This document shows positions 59,577-64,000 of a stretch of 64,000 nt of DNA, in pieces; positions within the stretch are counted from its first letter, which is position 1; each line of letters begins with the position of its first letter. Below the pieces are notes generated by a model. The model saw only the letters and a program-made list of their open reading frames with translations. It searched no databases and was not told the origin of the DNA. Source of the DNA: the human T2T-CHM13v2.0 reference genome, Homo sapiens. Both the position numbers and the translations under genes were made by a program. The stretch is taken from assembly GCF_009914755.1 (NCBI RefSeq), contig NC_060927.1. One strand, 5' to 3'.

Positions 59577-60547
59577 AAAAGTTGTGAAATCATAGATCTC
59601 TTCTCTGTCTTGTAGTGGATGGAGTTCCGGAGGGTGTACATTTAACAAGCTTCTGGTGATTTTTATGGTCAATTAAATTGAGTTTATTTGAGGTGCCACA
59701 GATCTGTAATCTGCTTTCTAGATCCCTTTCTTACCCATTCTTAAGCCATCACAGCAGAGTACCTTTCTAACTCATAAGATTGTGTAGAGGTTGGAAGGAG
59801 GACAGGACTGTTCTGTTGGTATAATGACCCTGTGTCCAGTTAATCCATGCTTCCATTGCTACATTATCCAAGAGTGCAACATGACCCAACAAAACCTCTA
59901 TCAGTCATGTGAGGCATTTTTTTTTTTTAACAGAAGAAGAGCATTGGCACCAATAATATTCCATCTCTTCTTTTTCCAGCATGAGAAGACCATGGTTCTT
60001 CTAGACTCCTAAAGAAAGTCATTTGTACTTAGTGTAAGGCGTGTTGCTTTTGGTAAAGTCTTTTGAATGTGATGAAAATGAACATAGCACAAAGGCAAAA
60101 TATATGCTCTCATTGCCTGCAAAACTGTTTCTGGTGCTTTATTGAAAGAGCATGATAAGCAAGATATCAGTCACTGCCGCATTGCATAAACATAGCTCTT
60201 CTACATTGTAATATGGTTCTGGTGAGCCTGCATGTCTAGAATAGAGCCTGTATCACTGAAGTGCATGAAACTGCTGTGATAACTTGTCTCACAAAGCCTC
60301 AGGGAACACATTATTTGAGCAAGTAAACTCAAGGTGAAGTTCTTACCTTCTCAGTCCTGGGTCAGCTGTTGGACATACTGGGGAGGAAAGAGGAGACCAT
60401 GTGCTTCTGCAGAACAAGACCCAAATCTGGGGAAAGCTGAACTTCCAGGGTGCACTTGCCCTGTTACCTTCTCCTAAGTGCATGTTGTGGGAAAAGTAGG
60501 GAAAGGCGGTTAGCTGCTAGAGCTAGCTCAGCAGCAGGAGCTCATTC

Positions 60548-60728
60548 TATGTATCTCTTCTCAACCCAGCGTTCAGTGACTTCATGTTGATAGCTTGAAA
60601 TTGGCCAAGGTAGGAATATTTACACCACAGAAATTGGCAAGGACTACAAACCAAATTCTTTGGTGTTTTATTCTGTTGTTTTGTTTTATTTAGAGAGCCA
60701 CTTGTAAAACATTTACTATCACACCAGT
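60548..60728. mobile_element. Arthur1-like hAT-Tip100 end fragment
   Basis: gttgatagcttgaaattggcca...aatatttacaccacagaaattggcaa...aacatttactatcacaccag. The name is from memory. Confidence 0.6.
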
Positions 60729-61047
60729 TCAGATGATTTAGTAGTATAAACAGCCCATGTGGTATTTCTTGGATAATTTGTTTCATTAGACTGAGGTACA
60801 ACTCCAAAGAGGATGTCATGTCCTGTACACAGGACTGGAAGTTCACGAAGCCATTCATAACCCTATATGAAGGGGAGAAAGAGATGTAGTGTTCAGGCAA
60901 AGCCTCATGAGACGGGAATTTCCTGTTTTGAACTGAATCCCTGACTTCTTTCATGCAACATACATTCATTCATCAAATATTGATTATCAACTTTTTTATA
61001 ATACACAAAAGGGAAAGAGGCTCTTACTTGAATTATGCCAGAAGTCA

Positions 61048-61417
<370 letters not shown>

Positions 61418-62159
61418 TCAATAGGTTCATTGATTAAATATCAACTTTGTATCAAGCACCGTGCCAGGCCCAAGGGATATACAGATCCAGGATACATATT
61501 CTTGCCTTCAAGGAACTGATGTTCTAATAATAGCTAATAACAAGAGCTACTATTTCCTAGCTACTGAAATTCTAGGGTTCTCACTATCATAGTCTAATGA
61601 CTCTCTTCTGTTCATTTAGCAGACTTCGCATACTATACACTAGCTGCATAACCAAGGACTTGAGTTTGTATAAGAGTTTAAGACACTGACATGTAAATGA
61701 AATATCACCAATTTGGACTGATATAAGAAAGTCAGTGTGATTACAGAGTGTTTAAAATGCAGACTGTCTTATTATCTTTATATGGATAGGATGGGTCAAA
61801 GGAGGTTAACAAGACTTTAGCAGCTGAAGCCCTACTTAAAGCATTATATAAGAATTAATTTTAATCAACATGTTGATTATATAAGAAATAATGTTCTAAA
61901 ATGTCTTTAAAATATTTTTCTGGGAATAAGAGAAAACCTCCACCTATGTTTATGTAACTGATTTTTGAGTTTTCAAATCTTTTATAAAAAAAAATAAAAG
62001 GCCATACCTAATCCTACTTGTTGGCAGAGAAAGATGAGAGATCTTGAAATGGCTCCCGTGCTCAAAGTATTTGTCAGTTTTCATAGAGCCCGAAGTGCCG
62101 ATATTGAAGATGTATTTCTTATCCATACCAGCATGTAATACTCAGCAGGAAAAAGGAAC

Positions 62160-62902
<743 letters not shown>

Positions 62903-63377
62903 TTTTCTGTTTTCAAACAATGATGTGTTTCTCGGACTCTAAGAAAATTTTCAGCAGAAGAAAAGTCCGTGATAATGGTGACTGGGGTAGTGCAGTAGTG
63001 GAAATAGCAGTGGAGAGGGGACGTATGAAGTTCTTAATCTGGATCAAATACTGTGCTATGTACTTTATGTTCAATACATGTATTATTTTATTTAATCCTC
63101 AAAATAATCTCATGATTGTAAAATTCTTTTGTTTGATAATAACTTGCCCAAAAGAATAGGAGTTTTTAAACCCAAGAGCTGCCCGTGGAAGAAGCATTAT
63201 TAGAGCCATCAGGAAACAGGGCATTCAGTGAATTAGACCAAAACAATAGAAGGATGGATATTAGGAACACTAGAAGGGACACATCATGCTAACAACAAAA
63301 TGGAAAAATCATCTACTTCAGAGTTGTGTTGAGAGTCTCCTTGTGAATATCATTCATAATAAGAGAGCACTGACTTG

Positions 63378-63663
<286 letters not shown>

Positions 63664-64000
63664 CTCAGAGAGGGCTGATTTTTGAATCAGCCATTCTAAA
63701 ACAGTGGACCTAGAAAGAAGAAATCTTCTACCAGTAGCCTTCTTTCTAGATAGCAATCCAACAGGCCAAAAGAAATTTGGGGTCTCATAATCTGATACCA
63801 ATATTTTCTCCTCAGTAGTGAAAAGATTTGAATTAATGCATTTACTCTAAGCTTGTTTTTAGGGAATGATGAGGTAATAGTTAAAGAAAGTAGACAACGG
63901 TTAAAGTAATAAGAAATGCTGAACTTCCAAAAAAGCTGGCCTTAATATTCTCCATCAACTGGCAGTGTTCCCAGTGATGCTTCTATCACAGACTGTGATA

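Overview
Hominoid (most likely human) genomic DNA from inside the contactin-4 gene (CNTN4, + strand). Five GT-AG coding exons (8783-8980, 25140-25242, 29036-29220, 42684-42820, 44875-45004; 753 nt) splice into one open frame covering most of Ig domain 2 plus Ig3 and Ig4. The rest is intron filled with about 18 Alus, L1, L2, MaLR/ERV1 LTRs, DNA-transposon fossils and one SVA. I found no new multi-gene system. The most unusual structures are: (1) an ERV1 LTR that appears L1-retroposed (AATAAA, decayed A-tail, 15-bp TSD) and carries a duplication enclosing a 98-bp palindrome; (2) an ancient L1M with both ends and a recognisable TSD, an internal inversion-plus-deletion, and nested Alus and SVA; (3) an SVA with a very short VNTR and a palindromic junction scar; (4) an antisense Alu with a gained GT donor inside an inverted Alu pair (candidate poison exon); (5) a perfect 5x46-bp minisatellite whose junctions define an in-frame 45-nt cryptic exon; (6) two AluY copies sharing non-consensus variants and flanking the Ig4 exons. 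Repeat subfamily names come from recalled consensus sequences and need RepeatMasker/Dfam confirmation.
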